Assembly (NCBI RefSeq): GCF_964213995.1
Contig: NC_135806.1
Coordinates: 24,862,001 to 24,926,000 of the forward strand
Reading direction: 5' to 3'
Length of the DNA stretch: 64,000 nucleotides
From: Mustelus asterias
Taxonomy: Eukaryota
In this document: positions 48,544 through 59,399 of the stretch, piece after piece
Numbering within the stretch: the first letter of the stretch is position 1
How the letters are laid out: every line of letters begins with the position of its first letter
The notes under the pieces: generated by a model
Databases searched by the model: none
The model's input: the letters and a program-made list of their open reading frames with translations, nothing else
Told to the model about the DNA's origin: nothing
Program-made: the position numbers and the translations under genes

Positions 48544-51324
48544 TGTGGTGAACCACTGTAACACTGTCTGTGTGTGGGATGTGCCTGGGCACGCCCCTGC
48601 TGCCTTGGTCCGGGGCTCCGCTCTCCTCGGGGTATAAAGGTGGCTGCTCTCCGCCCCTTTGCCTCAGTTCGAGTTGGCCATCGGTTTGGGAGTGCTTCTG
48701 TTCTTGTTAATAAAAGCCTGTTGTTCCGCAACCTCTAGTCTTTGCGTGTATCAATGGTGCATCAATTTTATTAACAACATTGTTGAAATGGAGCAACTCC
48801 TGAAACCTGACAAATTGGATCTGGATCCGCAGGCAGTTGGCACCTCTAATTCTTTTGATCACTGGCTGCACTGTTTTGAGACCTTCATCACCTCCTCCTC
48901 CTCAATCGTCGTAACAGACATAGACAAACTGCATGTGCTCCACGCCCGCGTCAGCGCTCACGTCTTCGCGATGATCCGCGACGCACAGACCTACCAGGAG
49001 GCAATCGATCTCCTCAAGGGCCAATACAACCGGCAACCGAACGAAGTCTACGCCAGACATCTGCTGGCCACTCGCAGACAGCAGCCCGGGGAATCAACTG
49101 AGCAATTCCTGCGCAAATTGCGTGCACTCGGCAGAGCCTGCAACTGCAAGGCCGTTTCAGCCGCCCAAAACGCCGACGACCTGATCAGAGATGCCTTTGT
49201 CGCAGGCATCAGGTCAACCTATATCCAGCAGCGCCTGCTGGAACAAGGTGGGCTGGACCTTAAGAAAACTGTGGAACTTGCCAGCTCGCTGGAGGTGGCT
49301 TTCCGGAACCTCGAGGCCTACACCCCCAACCACGAGGGCGCACTGTGGACACCGTGACCGCAGCCATCGCTGTACCCAGGAGGACCGCAAACCTACTCCA
49401 TGCCCCGTCCCGAAGTCGAACTGACCATTGCGTCAGTCCCCGGAGGCCCGAGATGCTACTTCTGTGGCCTGGAGAAGCACCCACGACGACGCTGCCCGGC
49501 GAAAGACGCGATCTGCTCTGGCTGTGGTAAGAAGGGTCACTACCTGAAGGTTTGCAGGGCAAAATCGGCCCCCAGGCCCAGCAGTGCCACGTGCGATCCG
49601 CGGGAGGGACCATCGTCGACGCCATCGACCACGTGCGATCCGCGGGTGCCGCCATTTTGGATGCCAGCAGCCGCGTGCGACCCACGGAGGTCGCCATCTT
49701 GGACGCCATCAGCCATGTGCGACCATGGGTGGACGCCATCAGCCATGGGTGACATCAGCCGACTCACGGGTGCCGCCATTTTGGGAACCGTCCACCGCAT
49801 CACCTAATCCGACAGTGGCCTCGGTCGCGTTGGACCAGTCCAGGCCTCACCAGCTCGTCTGGTCGATGATGGGCATCAAGGCAAACGGCCACACTACTAA
49901 CTGCTTATTTGACAGTGGGAGTACGGAGAGTTTCATCCACCCTAACACGGTGAGGCGCTATGCACTGCCAGTACTGCCCATGCAGCAATCAATCTCTATG
50001 GCTTCGACGTCCCGGTCAGTGAATGTCCTTGTGTACTGTGTAGCGAATCTGATTGTACGGGGCACGGTGTACAACAAGTGCAGGCTCCTCATGCTGCCAC
50101 AGCTCTGCGCTGCCGTACTACTGGGGCTAGATTTCATGTGCCACCTCGGGAGCGTCACTATGGTGTATAATGGGCCTTTTCCCTCAATCTCCGTCCAAAA
50201 TCCACAGCTAACAGACCAGCCACCGCGCACCACCTGTGGTGTCACAACCCTCAAAGTCGCCCCTCCCTTGCTTTTTAAGCACCTCACCCCCGACTGCAAG
50301 CCCATTGCCACCAAAAGCAGACGGTACAGTGCTGGTGATAGAGCGTTCATCAAGTCCGAGGTGCGACACCTCTTGGGGGAGGGGATCATTGAGGCCAGTA
50401 CCAGTCCCTGGAGAGCCCAAGTGGTGGTTGTCAAGACTGGGGAGAAACTTCGCATGGTCATTGACTACAGTCGGACCATCAACCGATACACGCAGCTGGA
50501 CGCGTATCCCCTTCCCCGCATATCTGACATGGTTAATTAGATTGCGCAATATCGGGTGTTCTCCGCCATTGATTTGAAGTCTGCATACCACCAGCTCCAT
50601 ATCCGCCCGGAAGACCGCCAATACACTGCCTTCGAGGCGGATGGCCGTCTCTACCACTTCCTTCGGGTCCCCTTCGGCATCACCAACGGGGTCTCGGTTT
50701 TCCAGCGTGAGATGGACTGAATGGTGGACCAGAACGGGCTGCGGGCCACCTTCCCGTACCTGGATAACGTCACCATCTGCGGCCACGATCAGCTCAAAAC
50801 GTTGTCCATGATGCACCAGAGTCACAGCATGCTCATTTAGCCCCTGTGTACGACACGCCTGAGCCCAGGAGCAGCATCCACATACCCGGCAGTCTGAAGG
50901 CGCTACGGATGGCACCACCGGTTATGGATTGACGCCTGACTCATCGCCGTGGCCTCCTGAACCGGCACCATGGCTGACACTGTGGCGGTCGCTGCGGCAG
51001 ATCAAGCCCCCGGAGAGACTGAACTTATAATTTGAATCAATAACTTGTGACTGTCATTTCCACCACCTCGCCCCTGCTGAACTCTTTTTAAACAGGGGGT
51101 GAATGTGGTGAACCACTGTAACACTGTCTGTGTGTGGGATGTGCCTGGGCACGCCCCTGCTGCCTTGGTCCGGGGCTCCACCCTCCTCGGGTTATAAAGG
51201 TGGCTGCTCTCCGCCCCTTTGCCTCAGTTCGAGTTGGCCATCGGTTTGGGAGTGCTTCTGTTCTTGTTAATAAAAGCCTGTTGTTCCGCAACCTCTAGTC
51301 TTTGCAAGTATCAATGGTGCATCA
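48544..51324 (+). mobile_element. Internally deleted Ty3/Gypsy LTR retrotransposon (2781 bp), TSD AAAGT
   Basis: 221-bp LTRs at 48544-48764 and 51104-51324 (5 differences by eye). TSD at 48539-48543 and 51325-51329. PPT AAACAGGGGGTGAA. Gag, PR (CLFDSGSTESF) and RT to YLDNVTICGHD are present; RNase H and integrase core are absent. Confidence 0.96.
48788..50790 (+). pseudogene. Gypsy gag-pro-RT, disrupted
   Basis: MEQLLKPDKLDLDP...; stops at 49355, 50538 and 50718; frameshift near 49750-49800; CYFCGLEKHPRRRC / CSGCGKKGHYLKVC. Confidence 0.9.
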
Positions 51325-53539
51325 AAAGTCTAGTAGGTTTTCCCTCTTTTTGGTTTCCTTCCAACTTGTTGCAGGCCCTGCCTGGCAGATTTGTCCAGCT
51401 TGGTCACTGGTGGTGCTGCTGAGCCTCTCTTGGCCCCAACCATAATAAATTCTGTGCTCTTGCCATCCTCAATATCCTGGTGTTAAATATAGAGGTCCAA
51501 TTCATCAGTTGAGGAAATGCAGTTTGCAGGATGAGCAGGAGCTTTTCTTGCTCATGACTGACCTGATGCCATGACACTTCATAGGGTCTGATGTCAATGC
51601 TGATTTGCCAGTGCAGAATGCTGGCATAGCATGACAGGCTAAATGTCTCTTTCTCTGCTCCAACCATTCTGTGGTCCCAATTTCACATTCAGCTAACAAA
51701 TACCATGTTTGTAGTTATGTGATGTATCCTACAACAACATTCCTTTCATCTTATCGTGTAATCAAATACAAGAGAACCCACTGTATCAAGAAACTGGAAG
51801 TCAAATCAGCCCACTTATGTCCCTATAAGGCTGGTAGAATTCCATTAGCATAGGCTCAATGCGTCATCGAATGCAAATCAAACCATTTAAACTTGACATT
51901 CAATGGCATTACCATCAGTGAATCTACCATCAACAGTATCTTGGAGTGTCACCATTACCCATTTACTGTTGACCAAAAATTTAACTGGATGAGCCACATA
52001 AGTGCTGTGAGCACAAGAGCAAGTCAGACGCTGGGTATTCTGCAGCAAGTAACTCACCTCCTGAACCTTGTAGTGGAAGAGTGGGGTGAATAACTAAAAC
52101 AAAGACACGTTATTTTTTTAAAATTCCAGTCTGTATTAAGCCCTTTATTCAGATGTTTTATTTAATCTATTTATTATTTCTGTACATGTATATATTTTAA
52201 AAAATCACTTACTATAATTGACTGGGCGCCGAGCAATACATAGTATTGCGATAACTCACTTACCAATACAAGAGTAATGTGGGTGAAAAATATTGTGACC
52301 ACCTGAGACTGATGTGGGGAAAGCTGATTTGGAGGAAGCTATGCATCAGTTGGTTAACTAGATGACTGATGGTGGGCAATCATCAGCCTCGATATGCTTG
52401 TTAATATGTTGTTTAAGTATAGTGTAAGAAAAAGTCATATCCAAATTATAGCTGCAAGCTTTGACATCAGATTCTGAACATCCTGTGCTAGGTTTAAATA
52501 TTATACGTACATTGCTTTGATGCAACACATCACCATTGTTTAATCTGTAGCAGACTTAGACTCAATAGGAGCCAGGTGGTATCTACAGAACTGCTGACCC
52601 CACTTTTCTGCTCCAGAAACCATTCTATAATTCTGCCAGGAGACATACACAATGTTATTTCTGACAGGAGAAGCAGAGATGAAGTGAAAAGGAAAATGTC
52701 TGAAACATTACTGTGTTTTGGTTGAAGCCAAATACAGTTCCAGCCGCAATTTTATTTAAAACTACGGAAAGCTGATTTCAGCCTTTAATAGGAAGTTATT
52801 GTGGAATTCAGAGTCCTAGAAAGTGCTCGAAAGTGGATTATGGGGTGTAACTTTGGGAGGTTAAGTGCTGACCTGTATAAAATACCTCTTATTGCACTCT
52901 CTGTGGTTAGCAGTTTGATAACATCCAGATGGTTGTCAGTAACTACCTTGAAGATCAGAATGGATTCATGTGTTGCCAGATCTTGTCAGTGGGACAGACT
53001 CCTTATGGAGCGTTGTGCGGATTTTCAATATAAGCATTGAAATGACTGTACCAGAAGTGAGCTGGTTCCAAGGGGCTAAATTAGATGGCGCAGTAGACAG
53101 TGAAGATTTGAGCATTAAGTTGCAAAGGAACATTGATAAATTAAGTCAGTGGGCAAAACTGTTGCAGATGGAGTTTAATGTGCAAAAAAAGTAAGGTCAT
53201 TCACTTTGGACCTGAGAAAGATTAATCAGTGTTTTCTAAATGGTGAGAGATTAGGAACTATGGATGAGCGAAGATTAGAGGTCCAAGTACAGAAATCACT
53301 AAAAGCTAGTGGATATACAAAAAAAACCTGAAAAGGCTAACAGAATAGTGACCTTTATTTCAAGATGATTAGACCACAAAGCGGTTGAAGTTACATCACA
53401 GCTGTACAGAGCTCTATCTGACCTATCTGGAGTGCTGTATTCACTGAGGGCACTACACCTTAGGGAGGATATTCTGGTCTTAGGGATGGAGGTGGAAATT
53501 TGGTGGGATGAGGGTGCAGTACAACACCCAAAATGGTAC

Positions 53540-53772
53540 TTTTTTAAGAAAATGTTTTACTCCATTCTTAAAGTTACAAAGCCAATGCCCAGAATGGACC
53601 AGGCAAACGCAAATCCATTCCTTGCTTGTTACAAAAACCAAATTCAAAATCCAATTGAATCCAATTCAAGGTTCCCACAAAGAAGACAACCAAGATCCAA
53701 GCTGACAAGATGAGGCATTGCACCCCATCTTGGGCATAACCTGATGCTTGATCTTAGCCAAAAAGCTGAGAT
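53540..53772 (-). mobile_element. Short A-tailed insertion with a U2 snRNA-derived 5' head
   Basis: Reverse complement of 53747-53771 is TCTCAGCTTTTTGGCTAAGATCAAG, 23/25 identical to U2 snRNA nt ~7-31. A ~200-nt non-U2 body follows, then an A6 tail. Confidence 0.65.
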
Positions 53773-54326
53773 GGGGCTAAGAGAGTTAAATTATGAGGTG
53801 CAGTTACAGAGACTAATGATCTAATTGAGGTGATTCAGAAGATCAAGGGAGTTAATAGGGTAAATAGGGACAAAGTGTTTCCTCTGCTGAGGAGTCCAGT
53901 ACAAGGGGACATAACCTTAAAGTTAGCACTAGGCCATTCGGAAGTTTAAAAGCACTTCTTTATACAAAACGTAGTCTGAATTTATGGATGTCACAAAGCT
54001 GAGTGGGAGTTTGAGCTGTGTTGAGGATGCAGAGGTGCTGCAATGTGGTTTGGACAAGCTGAGTGAGTGGGCAAATGCATGGCAAATGCAGTAAAATATG
54101 GATAAATGTGAGGTTATCCACTTTGGTAGCAGAAACAGGAAGGTAAATTACTATCTGAATGGCTATAGACTGAGACAGGGGAATGTGCAATGAGGCCTGT
54201 GTCCTCATACACCAGTCACTGAAAGTAAGCTTGCAGGTGCAGCAGACAGTGAAGAAGGCAAATGATATGTTGGCCTTCATAGTGAGAGAATTTGAACACA
54301 GGAGTAGGGATGTCTTGTTGCAGTTA

Positions 54327-54856
54327 GAAGTTTAACAACACCAGGTTAAAGTCCAATAGGTTTATTTGGTAGCAAAAGCCACACAAGCTTTCGGAGCTCT
54401 TAGCCCCTTCTTCAGGTGAGTGGGAATTCTGTTCACAAACAGAGCTTATAAAGAAACAGACTCAATTTACATGAATAATGGTTGGAATGCAAATACTTAC
54501 AACTAATCAAGTCTTTAAGAGACAAAACAATGTGAGTGGAGAGAGCATCAAGACAGGCTAAAAAGATGTGTATTGTCTCCAGACAAGACAGCCTGTGAAA
54601 CTCTGCAGGTCCACGCAACTGTGGGAGTTACAAATAGTGTGACATGAACCCAATATCCCGGTTGAGGCCGTCCTTGTGTGTCTGTGTCTTTATAAGCTCT
54701 GTTTGTGAACAGAATTCCCACTCACCTGAAGAAGGGGCTAAGAGCTCCGAAAGCTTGTGTGGCTTTTGCTACCAAATAAACCTGTTGGACTTTAACCTGG
54801 TGTTGTTAAACTTCTTACTGTGTTTACCCCAGTCCAACGCCGGCATCTCCACATCA
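54327..54856. mobile_element. Young Penelope-like element end with inverted pseudo-LTRs, 12-bp TSD TTGTTGCAGTTA
   Basis: ~135-bp near-perfect inverted arms (54327-54461 and 54680-54814). The spacer encodes the PLE ORF end (DGLNRDIGFMSHY, minus). TSD at 54315-54326 and 54857-54868. Confidence 0.9.
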
Positions 54857-56340
54857 TTGTTGCAGTTATACAGAGTCTTCGTGAGTTTGGTCTCCTTATC
54901 TAAGAAGGGATGTTCTCGTTATGGAGGGAGTGTAGAAAAGGTTTACCAGACTGATTTCTGGAATGGTAGGACTGACGTATGAGGAGAGATTGAGTTGGAT
55001 AGGATTATATTCGCCGGGGTTTAGAAGAATGAGAGGGCATCTCATAAAAAATTTGAACAGAACTGGTCAGGATAGATGCAGCAAGGATGTTCCCAATGAT
55101 GGGGATTCCCAAACTAGGGGTCACAGTCTGAGGATACAGGATAGACTGTTTAGGACAGAGATGAGGAGAAAGTTCTTCACCCAGAGACAAATCAGCCTGT
55201 GGAATACCACAGAAAGCAGTTGCGACCACAATATTGTATGTTTTCAAGAAGGAGTTAGATACAGATCTTGAGGCTAAAGGGATCAAAGGATATGGGGGGA
55301 AAGCAGGAACAGGTTACTGAGTTAGATGATCAGCTGTGATCATAATGAATGGTGAAGTAGGCTCGAAGGGCCAAATGGCCAACTCTTGCTCTTATTTTCT
55401 GTTTCTATGTTCCCATGCACGAATTAAGAAGAAGTACTTACCCTAAAGAGATGTCAAATAAAAACAGAAAATGCTGCATAAACTCAGCTGGTCTGGAGGC
55501 ATCTGTGGAGAGAGAAACAGAGTTAACATTTTGAGTCCAAATGACTATTCTTCAGAGCGGTTTGCAGAAGACGCGAATTTGTTGGGCATTGAGAATGTGG
55601 GAAAAATGGGGTGAAAGCCGCCGGGCCCAAGGGCGGCTTCCACCATGTGTTTAGCCACTTTGGCAAAAAAAGGTTCAGGGCCCAAACCACGATGTCACGC
55701 TGACAGCGCGGGATTAAATTAGGCTAAAGTTCAAAAAAGGGCCCATGGATTTTTAAAAATAGAAAAGCCCCCCACCACAAGGAAACTCCTCCCCATGGAA
55801 AACACTCGCCCCAGTGGTACCCTGACCCAAACAAAACCCCCCTCCTGCACCCATGCAACACCACTCCCCCCCCCCACCCCTCCCAGCACAGTACAAGGGA
55901 CAGTGCAAGAGTACTGTCCAAGCATGACACTCTCCCTCGTGGCAGCTGTACTCACCTGCGCAGCTTCAGCTGGTTCGACATGGTGCACGTCATGGGGGAC
56001 TTGTCGTGAATCACAGTACACCAACATTAATGGACAATCCAATGGGTGGGGAGACTAATAGGTGTAAAGATCTGATAATAATTAAATCTATTCAAATAAG
56101 CATCCCAACTTTCAAATTTCTATACATCATTGGTGGGGGGGATGTTAACAATCATAATGGGAAATCCCGTCAGCATAAAACATTTTGGAACTCTGGAACG
56201 ATTATCCGTCCCCGCCATCATTTCTGCCCCCCAAAATTGGGAGTGGAAACTCTTCTTGTTTACTCTGAAAATGCTGAGCATTTTTTGTTTTTATTTCAGA
56301 TTTCCAGCATCCGCAGGATTTTGCTTTTATCCTAAAGAGA

Positions 56341-56645
56341 TGGGCGGCACGGTGACACAGTGGTTAGCACTGCTGCCTCACAATGCCAGGTTCAGCCTTG
56401 GGTAACTGTCTGTGTGGAGTTTGCACGTTCTCCCCATGTCTGCATGGGTTGGTTTCCTCTGGGTGCTCCAGTTTCCTCCCTATAAAGGTGTGCAGGTTAG
56501 CTGGACTGGCATGCTAAAATTGCCCTTAGTGTCGAACCCAGGTCCCTGGAGCTGTGAAGCAGCAGTGCTAACCACTGTGCTACCGTGCTGCCCATTTGCC
56601 GCCCAAATTGCTCCTTAGTCTCCAAAGATATGTAGGTTAGGTTAG
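56341..56645 (+). mobile_element. HE1/V-type SINE containing an inverted second SINE head (56532-56595)
   Basis: Forward head at 56341 and reverse-complement head ending ...CCGTGCTGCCCAT. Confidence 0.75.
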
Positions 56646-56649
56646 GTCT

Positions 56650-57760
56650 ATTAGTTAGGGATGGTTCCCGCAGACTGGAAAACAGCAAATGTGACGCCAC
56701 TGTTTAAAAAAGGAGGTAGATAAAGGCAGGTAACTATAAGCCGGTTAGCCTAACTTCTGTAGTAGGGAAAATGCTTGAATCTATCATCAAGGAAGAAAAA
56801 GCAAGACATCTAGATGTAAATTGTCCCATTGGGAAGACACAGCATGGGTTCATGAAGGGCAGGCCATGTTTGACAAATTTACTAGAATTCTTTGAGGACA
56901 TTACGTGCGCGGTGGACAATGGGGAACCTGTGGATGTGGTGTATCTGGATTTCCAGGAGACATTTGACAAGGTGCCGCACCAAAGGCTGTTGCATAAGAT
57001 AAAGGTGCACAGTGTTACGGGTAATGTATTAGCATGGATAGAGGATTTGTTAACTAACAGAAAGCAAAGAGTGGGGGTAAATGGGTGTTTATCTGGTTGC
57101 CGATCAGTGACTTGGTGTGTGCCTCAGGGATCAGTGTTGGGACCACAATTTACAATTTACATAGATGATTTGGAGTTGGGGACCAAGTGTAGTGCGTCAA
57201 AATTCGCAGATGACACTAAGATGAGTGGCAGAGCAAAATGTGCAGAGGACATTGAAAGTATGCAAAGGAATATAGATAGTCTGAGTGGGCAAGGGTCTGG
57301 CAGATGGAGTACAATGTTGATAAATTTGAGGTTATCCATTTTGGCAGAATAACAGCAAAATGGACTATGAGGGGTTCTCATAGAAACTTGTAAAATTCTA
57401 ACAGGGTTAGACAGGGTAGATTCAGAAAGGATGTTCCCGATGGTGGGGGAGTCCAGAACTCGGGGTCATAGTTTGAGGACAAGGGGTAAACTTTTAGAAC
57501 TGAGGTGAGGAGAAATTTCTTTACCCAGAGGGTGATGAATGTGTGGAATTCACGACCACAGAATGTAGTTGAGGCCAAAACAATGTCTGATTTCAAGAAG
57601 AAATTAGATATGGCTCATGGGGCAGAAGGGATCAAGGGATATGGGGGAAAGAGAGGATCAGGATATTGAATTTGATGATTAGCCATGATCAAAATGAATG
57701 GTGGAGCAGGCCTGAAAGGTCACATGGCCTACTCCTGCTTCTAGTTTCTATGTTTCTATG
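56650..57760 (+). mobile_element. CR1 LINE RT region with an internal deletion
   Basis: NYKPVSLTSVVGKMLE...QHGFMKGRPCLTNLLEFF...YLDFQETFDKVPH...VPQGSVLGP...KFADDTK; tail TTCTATGTTTCTATG. Confidence 0.9.
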
Positions 57761-57852
57761 TCACAAAGTACAGACACTCTTGTGGCAATGTGGAAAGGTG
57801 TCACAGAGTACAGACACCCCTGTGGTGAAGTTGAAAGGAGTCACAGATTAAA

Positions 57853-58152
57853 TTTTATTTATTTATTAGTCACAAGTAGGTTTACATTAACACTGCAATG
57901 AAGTTACTGTGAAAATCCCCTAGTCACCATATTCCGGCACATGTTTGGGTACACTGAGGGAGAATTTAGCATGGCCAATTCACCGAGCATGCACATCTTT
58001 TGGACTATGGAGGGAAATCGGAGCTTCGGTAGTAGGGAGGAAACCCATGCAGACACGGGGAGAATGTGCAAACTCCGCACAGACAGTGACCCAAACCGGG
58101 AATCAAACCCAGGTCCCTGGCACTGTGAGACAGCAGTGCTAACCACTGTGCC
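57853..58152 (-). mobile_element. HE1/V-type SINE with alternative tail
   Basis: Same tail as 4636-4935. Confidence 0.82.
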
Positions 58153-58304
58153 AGACAGTCAAGGGGCTATGTGAGAAATAGGAAGTCAGAGATAGGAGAC
58201 AGACCAAGGGGGCAGCAGGCACGCAGCAGGAACAATTATTGGGAGCACTGTGTACTTCAGCTACAGGGAAAGGCAAGGGCTGTGCGCTCCTCAGAGAAAA
58301 AGCA

Positions 58305-58595
58305 CTGCTCTCACTCTCTCCCCACCCTCCCAGAACTAGAATAGGGTCCCCTTGTCCTCACCTTTCACATCACCAATCTCCGCATTCAAAGGATCATCCT
58401 CTGTCATTTCCGCCAACTCCAGCACTTTGCCACTACTCAACACATCTTCGCCTCACTCCCCCGTCAGCATTCCACAGGGACCATTCTCTCCGGGACACCC
58501 TGGTCCTCTCCTCCATTACACCCAACACCTCACCCTTTGCCAACAGCACTTTCCCATGCAATCGTAGAAGGTGCAACACTTGCCCCTTTCCTCTT
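58305..58595 (+). mobile_element. Penelope-like element fragment
   Basis: PPSAFHRDHSLRDTLV...TFPCNRRRCNTCP linker/zinc motif. Confidence 0.7.
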
Positions 58596-58634
58596 CCTGC
58601 GCAAGGTGCAATAGACTGCATCCATGTGGCTATA

Positions 58635-58882
58635 TGGTGGCATGGTGGCACATTGAGCACTGCTACCTCACAGTGCCCGGGTCCCAGGTTCAATTCCCAG
58701 CTTGGGTGACTGCCTGTGTGGAGTTTGCACATTTTCCTTGTGTCTGCGTGTGTTTCCTCCGGGTGCCCTGGTTTCCTCTCACAGTGTACCCGAACTGGCA
58801 CTGGAGTGTGGCAACTCAAGGATTTTCATAGTAACTTCATTGCAATGTTAATGTAAGCCTACTTGTGACACAAATAAATAAA
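58635..58882 (+). mobile_element. HE1/V-type SINE with alternative tail
   Basis: Head and core plus GGATTTTCATAGTAACTTCATTGC...CTTGTGACAC tail. Confidence 0.78.
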
Positions 58883-59109
58883 ATGAATATGTGCTCCATG
58901 GCAGCAGCCCCTAATGTTTATGAACTGCATTCCATCAATGTATAACTGGTGTGTGATCACTGCAAACACATACTGTCTGTCTATATAGCACCCTGGGAGT
59001 TGCCATGACTCTTACATCCTGAGTCATTCCCAGGTGCCTGAGATTTTCAAGGGTACAATATATCTGCAGGAATGGCTACTTGGGACAAGGGTTACCCACT
59101 GGCTGACGA

Positions 59110-59364
59110 CTCTTGTGCGTCACTGTCTCTGGAGTCTTCACTTTCTCCCCGTGTCTGCGTGGGTTTCCTCCGAGTGCTCCGGTTTCCTCTCACAGTCCAA
59201 AGATTAAGGTTAGGTTGATTGGCATGCTAAATTGACACTAGTGTGAGGGAATTAGCAGAGTAACTGTGTAGCGTTACGGGAATAGGGCCTGGGTGGGATT
59301 GTGATCGGTGCCGACTCGATGAGCTGAATGGCCTCCTTCTGCACTGTCGGGATTCACAGATTCT
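59110..59364 (+). mobile_element. HE1/V-type SINE (5'-eroded)
   Basis: Core and CR1-type tail. Confidence 0.72.
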
Positions 59365-59399
59365 AGAAGATAGAGCAGAGGTTCGGTGAAATGCATGTC

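Larger units (their letters stand above)
53070..55410 (+). mobile_element. Two adjacent decayed CR1 3' fragments carrying nested insertions
   Basis: LQRNIDKLSQWAKLLQMEFN and DKCEVIHFGSRNRK motifs; CR1 3' UTR ending TTCTATGTTCC. Confidence 0.75.

Noticed and set aside
48659-48787. Signal-peptide-like N-terminus on the Gag ORF (MPQFELAIGLGVLLFLLIKA)
   Set aside because: Translation of LTR R/U5 from a non-ATG start; the Gag ATG at 48788 aligns with the element 1 start.
49958-50918. Long antisense ORFs over Gypsy pol (also 28218-28625)
   Set aside because: Expected shadow ORFs of GC-rich coding sequence; not shared coherently between the two elements.
53695-53755. Hammerhead ribozyme on the plus strand of the U2-headed element (CTGACAA...)
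   Set aside because: No GAAA core segment at the required position; the stem pairs better on the opposite strand.
53747-53771. Functional U2 snRNA gene
   Set aside because: Only ~25 nt match; the branch-point recognition sequence, Sm site and 3' stems are absent.
57759-57848. ~41-bp tandem duplication (TGTCACAxAGTACAGACAC...)
   Set aside because: About two degenerate copies next to a LINE tail; no evidence of function.
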